A stretch of 64,000 nucleotides of DNA from Torpedo marmorata (Eukaryota), in assembly GCA_977017645.1 (NCBI GenBank), contig OZ360238.1, positions 26,598,001 to 26,662,000 on the forward strand, written 5' to 3'. A program made the translations under genes and the position numbers. A model generated the notes under the pieces. The model was not told where the DNA came from. It saw only the letters and a list, made by a program, of their open reading frames with translations, and ran no database searches. Of this stretch, positions 1 through 12,270 are shown one piece after another (the stretch's first letter is position 1; every line of letters begins with the position of its first letter).

Positions 1-1779
1 GTGTTAGGTCTATTTTAACTTTTCAAGCTGATCACTTCTTAAATTTTAAGCATGGCATCAAAGTTTTTACATTGATCTACAAATAGACTTTTCACAATTC
101 ACAATATAGGACACAGGCTAGCACTGGAACACACTGTACTTTGAAAGCTTAAACTTGGGCTAATCCACTCAACAATGGACAAACAACACTCCACGATGCC
201 ACAATAAGCACACAGGAGTCGTGCGTCCACTAGTCCCTTTCATTCTCTTCAGTCAATGGCTTGTAACACGGCTTCTCCAGAGTCATAGAGTTCAGAGGTA
301 CTTTGAAAAAAAAAATGTTAACCATAAATAAAAATTCTTGGCCTCAAGATTTTTTCCTGCATTGGCATCATCGAGACACTATCATTACCTCTTCTCCAAA
401 CCAGTTATTCATTTACAAATCTCACAAAAAGAGATATCAGGGTATTTAACAGAAAGAAATATTTTAAAAGCATACTATTGCAATGTAACAAATATTGTAC
501 CATCCCTTTAAAATATTTTACATCAGCCTTGAGTTGATCTGCAAGATGCAACATATCCAGTGAAATCTGAAATATTTCAAAACATAAACAAATAATTCAC
601 CACTCCCACTTCAAACTGATGTCCTGCTAAGACTGGGGATGTTAAAAGAGGTTAATCTCCCAAACACACCTTGAAACTACCTTTAAAGTACCATATACAT
701 GCCTTAGAATATTGTCTAGACATTCACCTCCGGATCTGTGTGGACGTGTAATGATACAGGCAGACCACTAAGCTGCTCTCTCTCCTCTTTCACAGCTCAG
801 GTTCCAAAGAGACTAAAGAATGCCGACAATAAGATTTGGACAGATAAATCATTAATTTATGAGTGTAGTGCATCCGCTCGCTAATTAAAGTATATTCTCA
901 ACAAAGTTCCAATTATTAGCCAATGACCTCATCCTCAGGTAGACCATTGTGTTTGTGTGAAGGTGTCACGAGCAAGGAGAGTTCGAGTCCCTCACTGCAT
1001 GAAACAAAACAATGCAGGTCATTTCATTCTTTCTGCAGTATTTTCACAGTAAAATAAGGAGAAAATATTTTATTTAAATTGTTGGGTGATAATTTTTTTA
1101 GACTATAGTTAATACTTTTATATGGAGACACAATTTAACAAGCAGCTCCCCAATTCTTCCTTCTTTAAACAATAATTAATTTGTTTCAAAAAAGAGTTCA
1201 AACTTTGAAAATGAAATGCAGTTTGCAGTTAATTAGCTAAGGAGTAAATATCATGTTATGAAAAATTGGAATGAAAGTTAAAAAAAGCTCGACATCATTT
1301 TCAATTAGAACTTCATACACTTTAAACAGATTTCACAGGAAAGCAACTGTTTGTGGAAGTTATCAGAGGTTGGGGACTAAGAAATTATAGGATGTTTATT
1401 TTATTTTTAAGGTGGCCTATCAATACATAACAGATTATTTATCAATAAACAGCAGGCGGAACATAAAGTTTACTTTAATGAGCAAATTTTTACATTGCTG
1501 ATAATATTATGAGACTAACACGTATTGGCAAGCAAGATTAAACCGTCTGAACAAATCCTCTTGCAGAAATAAGCTGTGGTTGTTATGTTTTGGCTTTCAT
1601 ACCACAAAGAAAGGTTTACCATGCAATATGCAAACTATGTGCGCTTTGCAGATGATAATAAATAGCGGAAATGACTTCCCACAGGCGGCAATGTTGTGAA
1701 ATGTTTTAATCACCATTTTCAATGACAACCATTTTAATAAAATAATAGTTCTTCCGTTTCCCACATTTAATACTGTTGT

Positions 1780-3340
1780 AGCATCCCAACAGCTTGTTAA
1801 TTCACCTTCCAGGACTGAAAATTTCTCCGATCTAAAAATCTGTCTTCAAAATACCGGTACTTAACAACTGAGATTCCAAGGCCTTCTTCAGCAGAGAATT
1901 AAAATAAAAGTCCCTACTCATTTTGTGAAGGAATTTCTCCTCATCTCGGTCCTGAACGGTCAACCTCTCATTTTTATATTGTAGGCCTGGTTTTAGATTC
2001 TTCTGCCAAGGGAGACATCAAATCCACATCTACTCTGTCAAGCCCTGTATGGATTTTGTATGTTTCAATGAGATCATCATTCACTTTCCAGTACCCAGGA
2101 GAGTGTAGGTCCAATTTGCTATCCTGGGAATCAATCTGCTGAATCTTTGCTGAGCTCCTTCTATCCCAAGCATACCTTTCCTTGGTTAGTGAGGCAAGAA
2201 CTGTGCACAACATTCCAAAAGTAAAACACGAAAATCTGTAGACACCGTGGTTGAAGTAAAAACACAATGCTGGGGAAACTCAGCAGGTCAAATAGTGTCC
2301 TTTATATAGCAACGGTAAAAATACATAACCGACATTTTGGGCTTGAGCCCTTCATCAAGGTATGGAAACATTCCAATTCTGGCCTCTTTGGGCCTTGTAC
2401 AATTGATACTAAATGTCTCTAATCTTGTACTTCATTCTTCTTGCCATAATGGTAACCATTCTATGTGCTTTTCTTTACTATTAGTTATGTTAACTTTCGA
2501 TGACTCATGTACAAAGAAACCCAGGCCCCTCTGAACATCAACACTTTTTAATTTCTCCTCATTGAGAAGATTTCTTTTTAAAACAGAAATGAATTATTTC
2601 AATTTTTTTTCCACATTATATTCCATCTAATAACCTGCTAAAGCCTCTTCACATCCTTGTCGTGGCCCATAGCCTTACCCTGCTTTGTACCATCACCAAG
2701 TGTAGATACACTAAATTTGATCTCCTCACCAAAATAACTCATTGAGTTCACGAACAGCTGGAGCCCCAGCACCAATCCTTGTGGCACCCCACCAGTGTCC
2801 CAACCTGAAAATGTCCTTTCTTTTCTGTTTATTAACTAATAATAGTGGGCCCTATAATGTCCTTCCACCAAGACTTTAATTGTGTTTAGTAAACTCTCCT
2901 GTGACACTTTATTGAAGGCCTTCTGAATATTTGAATATAAATTCCAATATATGCACCATATGGTTTGCCTTTATTTATTGAGCTAGTGACATCCATGAAA
3001 AAACTCAGACTAATTTGTCAAACTTAATTCTCCTTTAATAAATCCACATTGACTTTACCCAACCCCTACGATTATTTTCTAAATTTGACCACTTCCTTGT
3101 TAAGAGAATCTAGCATTTTTCCTCCTTCTGATGTCAGGTCTCCTGTTTTCTCTCTCCTCCCTATGTTATGTCGTGGGATTGCAATTTCTATCTTCCAATC
3201 TGTCAGAACAAACAGAATCTGGTGAAATTGATCGAATTCTTCAAGCTGACAACAACTGCATCCATTATTTCCATGACCCTCTCTTTCAAAATCCTTGGTT
3301 GCAGGCCATTTGTTTCTGGGGATTTACTAGTGCCAGTAAT
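1780..3340 (-). mobile_element. Old degenerate CR1 LINE
   Basis: Recognisable CR1 ORF2 remnants (ccccagcaccaatccttgtggcacccc, ttattgaaggccttctgaata). Confidence 0.6.
2219..2366 (-). mobile_element. Penelope-derived short repeat inserted into an old CR1
   Basis: Same sequence as 7754-7890; flanked by TSD AACATTCCAA (2209-2218 and 2367-2376). Confidence 0.78.
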
Positions 3341-3380
3341 TTTCCACAAAGTTTATCAAGAAGAAGCAAGTTAAGCATTC

Positions 3381-3755
3381 CATAAAACCATAGAATGTTA
3401 CAGCACAGAAAATAGGCCCTTTGGCCCTTCTAGTTTGTGTCAAACTATTATTCTGCCTAGTCCCAATCACCTGCACCCAGTCCATATTCTTCCATACCCC
3501 TCCCATCCATGTACCTGTCCAAATCTTTCTTCACTGTTAAAATTGAGCCCGCAATCACCACTTCAGCTGGTAGCTTGTTCTACGCTCCCACTACTCTTTG
3601 TGTGAAGAAGTTTCCCCCATTGTTCCCCTTAAACATCTCCCCTTTCACCCTTAACCCATGCCCTCTAGTTTTTTATCTCACCTACCCTCAGTGGAAAAAG
3701 CTACCTGTACTTACTCTATCTATACCCATCGAAATGTTGAATACTTCTATTAAAT
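3381..3755 (-). mobile_element. CR1 LINE 3' end
   Basis: Matches 51113-51490 and 47238-47470, with the ccatagaa tail. Confidence 0.85.
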
Positions 3756-3946
3756 GGTAAAGATTTTATTCACAAAATATTTGTGTTCAAAGTATATGTT
3801 CCAAATGTTTACCAAAGGTGCAGGAGAATGCAATGTGTGCTGCAGTTCACCAAACGTGAAACAATTTCAAGTGGCATCAAATGAAACTGGCATGATGATA
3901 AAAGGCTTTAGCAACCCACGTGGAAATGATTCCACTGGCCCTGATG

Positions 3947-4177
3947 TAAAGGTAAAGGTTCCATTTTTGGAACGTAATACTACATTTAGAATGTAACATA
4001 CATGAAATTCTTTAATTTTTGTCTACCGTAAGGCAGACAGAGGGTCGCTACTTTGTCCAGCGTCCCTCACAGAAACCTACAGCACCTGGTGTTCCTAGGC
4101 GGTCTCCCCTCCAAGTACTGACCAGTCATGTGCCTGCTTAGCTTCCGAGATCAGACAATCCCAGTCGTATTCAGGCT
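3947..4177 (-). mobile_element. 5S rRNA-derived SINE (SINE3 type)
   Basis: Minus strand head AGCCTGAATACG...GTCTGATCTCGGAAGCTAAGCAGG...CTGGTCAGTACTTGGAGGGGAGACCGCCTAGGAACACCAGGTGCTGTAGG matches 5S rRNA (box A, box C), followed by the body and a (CCTTTA)n tail. Confidence 0.9.
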
Positions 4178-5634
4178 ATAGGTGCTGTTTATTGCAATGT
4201 CAACACCATTGCAATAAACCAACTCTAAGCAGTCCTGCAACATGCTCTCTTTTTAAGCTTTTCAACTCATACTAATGGTGTGAAACAAAGGGCATGGTGT
4301 CTTGAATAAATTGGACCTACAATACTTGCAAATCTTTTTGCGTCTTCTCTAGTTGCTCTTCACTTCATTCCAAAGAAGAGGATTATCATATTACTTTGAC
4401 AGGAACACTGCCATACAATGCAAAATGTTTTCAAGTAAAGCAATGTAGAATTTATCAGCATCTGGCCCCAGGCTCATCCCTGAATTTTGACAGCAAGACC
4501 TGTGGGATGCCAAGATGATGAAGGGGGTAAAAAAGCAACTTTTAAGAATCTGTATTCAATCCATGTGCATATTGTGAGCCCACGTCCAGGGTCAGGGCTG
4601 TCAGAGTGAGCCCTGCATACAGCAGAGCGGGAAGCACTGGTCTAATGGTTGGAAGCTGCAAGGTGTTAAAGGAAGAATGTGGTTGAAAGTTTATTCTAAA
4701 ATCCCCAAGGACCTCAATATCACAGAACTGATGGAGATTTACTGATGTTTTTTCACATATGTGTGTTAGCTAATAGAAGGGCTGCTACTGCAAGAAGATT
4801 TTATTTTTAATGGTCTTTAATGTAGACTTTGTGGTCCAAAAATGTTCGTGTGTAATTGTATAATTCCCAATTTTGTGGCAAATACACACGATGACCACAC
4901 AATAACCATTATTGTTCGCTTCTATAGAAACATTATCACACTTTAATTTTGGCCTGCTGCTTGCTGGGTTAGGTATTTTGAATGAGAACAGCTGTAACTT
5001 CTTATTGATATGTTGTATTTAATTCAGCTGAAATTTCTTGATTGTGAAAAATCCCTGTTGTGAGCCTGTAACTCATTTAATCAATAGGCTCGGTGTAGAT
5101 CTGGGGCCTCACACAAGCCTGTCAGGTCAGATTCAAGCCCTTTGATGTAACAAAAGCAATTATTGCATTCCTGGTGATGAGCAGTACCTGTCTGCTGCAC
5201 AACAGAATGCCGCCTGTACCAACACCCTTTTCATTGTGGAAAGGCCCATTGGAGAAAGGACATATGATATTTCTACCCCAACATAAATAGATTCTCTCCC
5301 TGGAGCTGGCTGCAATATCTGAACAAACCCCCATCTCCCTTATGTTTCTTTGGTAAAAATGCATTTATTTGATTGTCTCGGTATAAAACAACTCACTCTG
5401 CGGAAAATAGATAGCATATAAACACATGGTTGCTTCAGCAGCACAGGGAGGCAGTATTTTATAACAAATCTATGTCGCTACAATTCCAAAATGCTCAACC
5501 TTGAAATTAAGTTAAATTGCAATATGGTTTCAATGGAAAAAAATAACAATAGTTGTTGTATGTTCATTATATGTACTTCAGGGATTACTTGTATTGTTAA
5601 TTCTACAATCACAATCCATTTTGGACTAGAAGGT

Positions 5635-5830
5635 CCATAAGACTACAAGAGATAGGAGCAGAAGTAGGCCATTCAGCCCATCATGTCCATTCCATCATGA
5701 GCTGATCCATTGTCCCACTCAGCCCCATTCACCTGCCTTCTCCCCATAACCTTTGATACCTATCAATCTCTGCCTTAAATACACCCAACGACCTGGCCTC
5801 CACAGCCGCCTATGGCAGCAAATTCCAGCT
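5635..5830 (-). mobile_element. CR1 LINE 3' UTR fragment
   Basis: gataggagcagaagtaggccattcagccc...ttctccccataacctttgat; homologous to 34410-34600. Confidence 0.75.
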
Positions 5831-7753
5831 GTCTTCTGTACTCCATTAATTGTTCAGATGAAAACAGAAGAGGTTTATCATTCACTTTTTTTTTTGTTTA
5901 AAATGCAAGAGACTGAAAGTTTGATGCATGCAAAATCTGACTTTTGCAAAGCAATGGAAACCAACTAGTTACTGAATAATGTTCACTCAGGATTGATGAA
6001 GGAAGGTTGGGTGGAACTGCAGCTGAGTTGGGATATACATTAAAACTTTCCCTTGTCTGGAGTAATTCAGAAACACTGGCTTCAACCTAAGTGAATTCCA
6101 TTTTGAAAGAAATCTCTAAGGGTTAAACAGGTAATAGAATTAGAAGACATGCCATTTTGCTACACGGTGCCAAAGAATGTATGTTAATTAGATGCAATCC
6201 TCCTTGCTCACATCTAACCATACCTTGTGTGTGTATGGATAACTTTTAAAGGATAGGTTTTCATAAAAGAATAATATCAATTTAGCAGGGAAACTCTACA
6301 ACCCAACAACTCAGATTGAATTGGTTATAAATACGAATAAACAGAATAAGCCGACTTCAGCCAATGCAGACAGCAGGAAAAGGGAGAGGGAGTACATTAG
6401 AGATTTCATGTGTGATAGGAACTACACTCCCACTCACTCTCTAACTGGCATCTGGAGCAGATTTGCTACAACAGACATTGAAGAACTAGATTACATCCAG
6501 TTAACTGAGCTCTAAACTGATTATGCATGTGCCAAACTAATGGATTACATTTGCAAGAGGAAAAATAACATCCAATCAATCTCAATTACAGCAGACCACA
6601 CCAGCCCAGATAAACTTGAAAGTATCCAGCAACTACCCACAACTGTACCTCCTCTCCTCACCAACTGTTCCACGCAAAAGGACTGGTATATTCAATCAGG
6701 GAAAAAAAGTCACTGATGGAGAAATGCCATCACTGCACGACAGGATGCGATAAACAGGCTGTTCCACTTTCTCTGTGTTTTCTGTCCCATTATTTACTAA
6801 TTTTAGAAAGAACTGCCCTCGGAGCCTTTTTTGCCTCAGTGTTTTCAATGTGTTAAGTAACAAGTTAATTTGCAGTGTACTTTGTGTATTGTGGTGAGGA
6901 TGGGGTGAAGTTCTTCATCTCAGGGGGAGGGGGCGCGGGGCAGTGGGGGGGGGAGATTAAAGTGATTGACAGCAGCTTGACTGCCTTTTGGACACCTGGC
7001 TATTTTGACCCTGCCATTTGGATTCCACCCACTGAGGTTGGGATCAAGTGTGGTTTTCAGAAACCTTTGGAATGGCGGTAAGATAAAACCAGGCTGATGT
7101 ATTTTAGTCCCCATTTTAAAATAATATACTGTCTGTGTACTTTCATGTTTCATTGTAAATTCCTGACACCCACATTTGTAACAGGAAATGCCTTTGTTAA
7201 ACCAGAAGGCTATAATTTTCGACATGTGATTGCCATGGTGTTCCATTGCTCCACTGGCAGGAGAGTGTCTGTGTTACAAGTTCACACAAGAGGATTAAAA
7301 CGCAGCAAACAGACATAAAATCTGTTTGCATGGAATTACCGCATATAATATTGATGTTATCTCATTTATATGAGATTAGCTGAAAAGTTGGTTTCATGGA
7401 GGCTAACCTGGCCTAAAAATTGATCTTTTTGCAAACAATAATAGTATTTTTTTGCAAATAGGACACGAGCGTTTTACAGCCAGGTTTGACATACATTCCC
7501 TTCAAAGGGTGAATGTCAACAAGTCCCACCCCGGCCACCAGGAGGAGCAGCTTGTGCTTTCAGAATACTCAGGCCACAGGAGAGAGGAAAGGGAAGAGGG
7601 AGACATTCATCTCCCACACCATCCCAAGTCTTGGAGGATGGAGGAGGAGTGGCCGTAGAAGGGAGGAGTAAAAACCTAAGTGGGAAGTGCATAAATTTTA
7701 AATATTTGAAGATTGAGAATGTCTATATGTTTAGCAATTTGCTATTTAATTAA

Positions 7754-8016
7754 AAAGTAAACACGAAAATCTGTAGACACCGTGGTTGAAGTAAAAAACA
7801 CAAAAGCTGGAGAACTCAGCAGGTCAAACAGTGTCTTTTATATAGCAAAGGTAGAAATACATAACCGACGTTTCGGGCTTGAGCCCTTCATCAAAGTATG
7901 ATCAAACTTCATCAAACTTTATGAAGGGCTCAAGCCCGAAACGTCGGTTATGTATTTCTACCTTTGCTACATAAAAGACACTGTTTGACCTGCTGAGTTC
8001 TCCAGCTTTTGTGTTT
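7754..8016. mobile_element. Penelope-derived insertion with inverted-repeat architecture and hammerhead-like core
   Basis: 99-bp arms (7793-7891 and 7921-8019, one mismatch); direct repeat TTTGCTATTTAATTAA at 7738-7753 and 8017-8032; core TTGATGA-AGGGCTCAAGCCC-GAAACGTC. Confidence 0.8.
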
Positions 8017-8193
8017 TTTGCTATTTAATTAAGCCTCAATAAAGTTTTGTGTTATTTATAAATCAAAATATGTAACAGATTATGATAAAATAAAATCAAA
8101 GCTCAGGACAGAAACATTAGCAATAAACACAAAAACAAAGTGCATTAAGTGGGACAGCAAGAAGCAGCTTTTGCAATCTTCAGATTATGTTCA

Positions 8194-8248
8194 TGCACAT
8201 GCATACACACATACACACGCACACATACATACATACACGTGCATACAC
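8194..8248. repeat. Imperfect (CA)/(CATA) microsatellite
   Basis: gcacatgcatacacacatacacacgcacacatacatacatacacgtgcatacac. Confidence 0.8.
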
Positions 8249-10004
8249 CTTATCCTAGCCACATAAACACCCTCATTCCTTTCCTCTCCCCATCCCCTTC
8301 CCCTGTTGTGAGTTAGCTGTTAGGATGCGATTTTAGAGAACAAAGTCGGCATCGAACGTTTGCACCGTTCCAATGCCAACACTGAAATAACAGTCATATC
8401 TCGCAATGGCTATTGAAAGAACAGTTCAAAGCCAAAATGTCCTTTCAATTTGAAGCATCAAACTTTGACCCATCTCAAAACTAGTCCCCAAAGAAAAAAA
8501 ACATACGAGCGTTCCAACCCCGAAAAAAATGGAAAGCCCTCTGTGAAATGATCTCCAATCTCTTTCTCTTCCACAAAGTGAAGGCACAGTGTAGACTCTT
8601 GCCCCTTCACAATCCTCTAGATTTCATCCAATAATTACATATGTGGAGCAAACGCCTCCTGCAGATGTGGTGCCGATCAAAGTCAGATATAATTTCAAAA
8701 AAACATATCCTTGCAGTGATTATAATGCAAAACAACTTTTGATTTGCATTGCTTCTCACCTGAAAACATGACCCCACAATATTAATGATCTACCTGTGAA
8801 TACGCACATTATTCATTTGCTATTCTGCTACCTCAAAGACCATTCATGATTTTGATATCTTATTTCAACATAATGATCTGCCAGATGAAATATTAAACCA
8901 TGGCGCTGACTGCCTCCTCAAGTGCGCATCTAATGCATCTTTTCAACATCTAGTAAGTGGTACAACTTGCATATCCTAGAACGAACACAGTTAAACCTGA
9001 CTGCCTGTCCTCTTATTTTACTTGTTGTTTGTGTGATCTTACTGTTTACTGATTGGCCACTGTGCTTGCCCATAAACCAAGAGTGACCACATTTCAAAAT
9101 GCTTCAATTGGCTGCAATCTACTTTCAGATGTCATGGGGAAATGAAAAGAGTGAGATGAATTTGAGTTTGATTCATTGCACCATTTTCTACAGCAGCCAT
9201 ACTTCCTGTCACCTGATACTGCTGATCAGGGCTGAGTGTCACTTTTTTTGAGTTGTGTAATCATGACCATTTGGAGCGTGCATCTCGCTGACCAAATTCT
9301 GTGAAGATCTTACTGTGCCAGAGGTAGTGTGCGCCATGCTTATTTTGTATGCCTTCATGACTTCAAATTCAGACTCTCAGTTGCCGGTTAGAAAAGGATT
9401 CCATTTTACTTTAAATATTCCCCTAACTCCAATGCAGCATTTTGGAACAAGGTCAGCTAATGTTATTTTGTTGGTCAAATATATCACTGACTGAATCACC
9501 ATTCAAGATGGATTTAGAGAAGGTGTGCATTTTGATTGTTGCGTATATTTAGCAATAAGTTAAACGGAAAACATTTAAGGTCCATTCACTACAAGTCAGA
9601 ATAGAAAGCAGCAAATTATCAATGCATTTGCTCTCTTTGACTTATTTTCTCATTCTACCAAAATAATTATAAATTATGTGATACAGTACACATATTTATA
9701 TGTTATTTACTAATCTCAAAGACTGGTTAATTGTTGAGTGATCCTGACTAAAACCCTTTGTGGCAGACAATTGGAATGGTTTCCATAAGATGCATGCTGA
9801 GGCTGTTTCTTCCCATGGGAAAAATAAAGAGTGATCACTTTGACCTTCAAAAGTTGTCATTCACACAAAGTCCATGAAAAATAAGAACCTATGGAGGGGG
9901 TTTCAGTGGGAGTGGGGGTGGTGAACATTTTCTTCTCACCTGCATGAACAACAACAGGTTCACACTTACCGTGTCAGTGCTCAGACTCTACATTTCACTT
10001 TAAA

Positions 10005-11402
10005 TCAAAGTATTGAACACAGGAGTTGGGATGTTATGGTAAAGTTGTATAAGACATTGGTGAGGCCAAATTTGGAGTATTGTGTGCAGTTTTGGTCACC
10101 TAACTACAGGAAAGATGTCAATCAAATTGAAAAGAGTGCAGAGAGGATTTACAAGGATGTTGCTGAGACTTGAGGAACTGAGTTACAGGGAAAGGTTAAA
10201 CAGGTTAGGACTTTATTCCCTGGAGCGTAGAAGAATGAGGGGAGATTTGATAGAGGTAAACAAAATTATGATGGGTATAGATCAAGTAAATGCAAGTAGG
10301 CTTTTTCCAGTGAGGTTAGGTGAGATACAAACCAGAGGACATGGGTTGAGGGTGAAAGGGGAGGTTAAAGTGGAAAATTAGGGGGAACTTCTTCACACAG
10401 AGAGTGGTAGAAGTGTGGAATGAGCTGCCAGCTGAAGTGGTGAACGTGGGCTCAATTTTCACATTTAACAAAAATTTGGACAGGTACATGGATGGGAGGG
10501 GTATAGACAATAGAAGCTGGAGTAGGCCCTTCGGCCCGTTGAGCCAGCACCGCCATTTTACAGATCATGGCTGATCACTACTATCAGTACTCCTTTCCAG
10601 CCTTATCCCCATAACCCTTAACATCTCTGCCCACTAGAGTCTTATCTAACTCTCTTTTGAACATAATCAGCGAATCTGCCTCTACCACCCTCTGTGGCAG
10701 AGCATTCCACAGATTCACACTTCTCTGGGTAAAAAAATTTTTCCTCATCTCCGTCCTAAAGGGCCTTCCCTGTATTGTTAAACTATGCCCTCTAGTCCTC
10801 GTCTCTCCCATCATTGGGAACAAGTAATCCGACATCATCCTGTCTATCCCCTTGATAATTTTGTATACCTCAATCATGTCCCCCCTCATCCTTCTAAACT
10901 CCATCGGATATAAGTCCAGTTTTTCTAACCTTTCAGCATATGTCAACCCTGCCATCCCTGGAACTAACCTTGTAAATCTGCGCTGCACACCCTCTATAGC
11001 TAGTATGTCCTTCCTCAAATTTGGAGACCAGAACTGGACGCAATACTCCAGGTGGGGTCTCACCAGGGCCCTGTACAACTGCAGAAGGGCGTCTCTGCTA
11101 CTATACTCCAATCCCCTCTCTATGAAAGCCAACATGCTATTTGCCTTCTTCACAGCTTTCTGAACCTGTATGTTAGCCTTCAGTGACCGGTGTACAAGTA
11201 CACCCAGATCCATTTGCATTTCCCCACTCCCTAGCTTGTCTCCATTTAAATAATACTCAGCTTTCCTATTACTGCCCCCAAAATGGATAACCTCACATTT
11301 GCTTACATGGACTGGGTGCAGGTCAGTTGGACTAGGCAGAATAATAGTTCGGCACGGACTAGAAGGGCCCTTTCTGTCCTGTAATGTTCTATGGTTCTAT
11401 GG
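10005..11402 (+). mobile_element. CR1 (HER1-like) LINE 3' fragment, split by a younger opposite-strand CR1
   Basis: Translation KRVQRGFTRML...LSYRERLNRLGLYSLERRRMRGDLIEV; its 3' UTR resumes at about 11308 with the (ttctatgg) tail. Confidence 0.9.
10507..11307 (-). mobile_element. Young CR1 LINE 3' fragment with open ORF2 C-terminus
   Basis: Uninterrupted 211-aa ORF: DLGVLV...LYRALVRPHLEYCVQFWSP...RMRGDMIEVYKI...TRGHSL...FFTQR. Confidence 0.93.
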
Positions 11403-11684
11403 ATTACAGTGGTCCTCACTGATTGTGGATGAGGTGATAATGCAACATTAGCCGGCTGCTATGTGCAACTAAAGTTCATGCTACGCTACAAATGCAAAAC
11501 AACAAATAAATAAATAAATAAATAACACTTGTTAACTGTATTCCCACTATTTATCATCTTATGTAACAATAGTGCCTTCATACAAGGCCACCATTTATTG
11601 TATCGGAGATACATTTATTCTACTTCATTCTTATTATTTTGAAATTGCCCTAGTAGTTCCTCACAAAATATGAATCTTAGTCAA

Positions 11685-12270
11685 TTTTTTTTTCATGTAC
11701 AACACGGTAGAAGCCGATTCAGACCATTTAAACCCGTGCCGCCCAATTACACCCAAATTAACCTACAACCGCATACATTTCTGACGGGTGGTAGGAAACC
11801 GGAGCACCCGGGGAAAACCCACAGAGTAAAAATGCACAGAAATGCATTCACAGCGACCATTGGAGGTAAAGATATATTACCAACGTTTCGGGCCTGAGCC
11901 CTTCTTCAAGGTATAAGCAAAAAGCAGGCAGGCGTCTCAATAAAAACTGGAGAGAGAAAGGGGGAAGAATCGGAGGAGGTGTCCAGACCAACAAACAAAA
12001 GGTGTTAACTGGATATGACAAGAGGAAAGGTAAGAATTGATTTTGGCTCTATGAAAGGAGACAGAGGGAAAAGGGAAGAGAGAGACACAGAACTAGAGGA
12101 AAGGAGATTGGGGGGGGGGTGGTGGGGGGATTGGGGGGGAGGGGGGTTTTAACGGAAACCAGAGAAGTCAATCTTAATACCATCCCACGTTGACGTGGGG
12201 AGAATGTACAAACTCTTTACAGACAGCGTAGGATTCGTACCCGGGTTGCTGGCACCTTAATAGTGTTGCA
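11685..12270 (-). mobile_element. V-domain SINE split by a Penelope-derived insertion
   Basis: Tail and V-domain at 11685-11823; head half (ggggagaatgtacaaactc...ggattcgtacccggg) at about 12188-12270. Confidence 0.7.
11824..12187 (-). mobile_element. Penelope-derived fragment inserted into a V-SINE
   Basis: Minus strand CCTTGAAGAAGGGCTCAGGCCCGAAACGTTGG core plus pyrimidine-rich UTR; V-SINE sequence on both sides. Confidence 0.65.

Noticed and set aside
4075-4177. 5S rRNA gene
   Set aside because: 5'-truncated, diverged, dispersed and fused to a SINE body.
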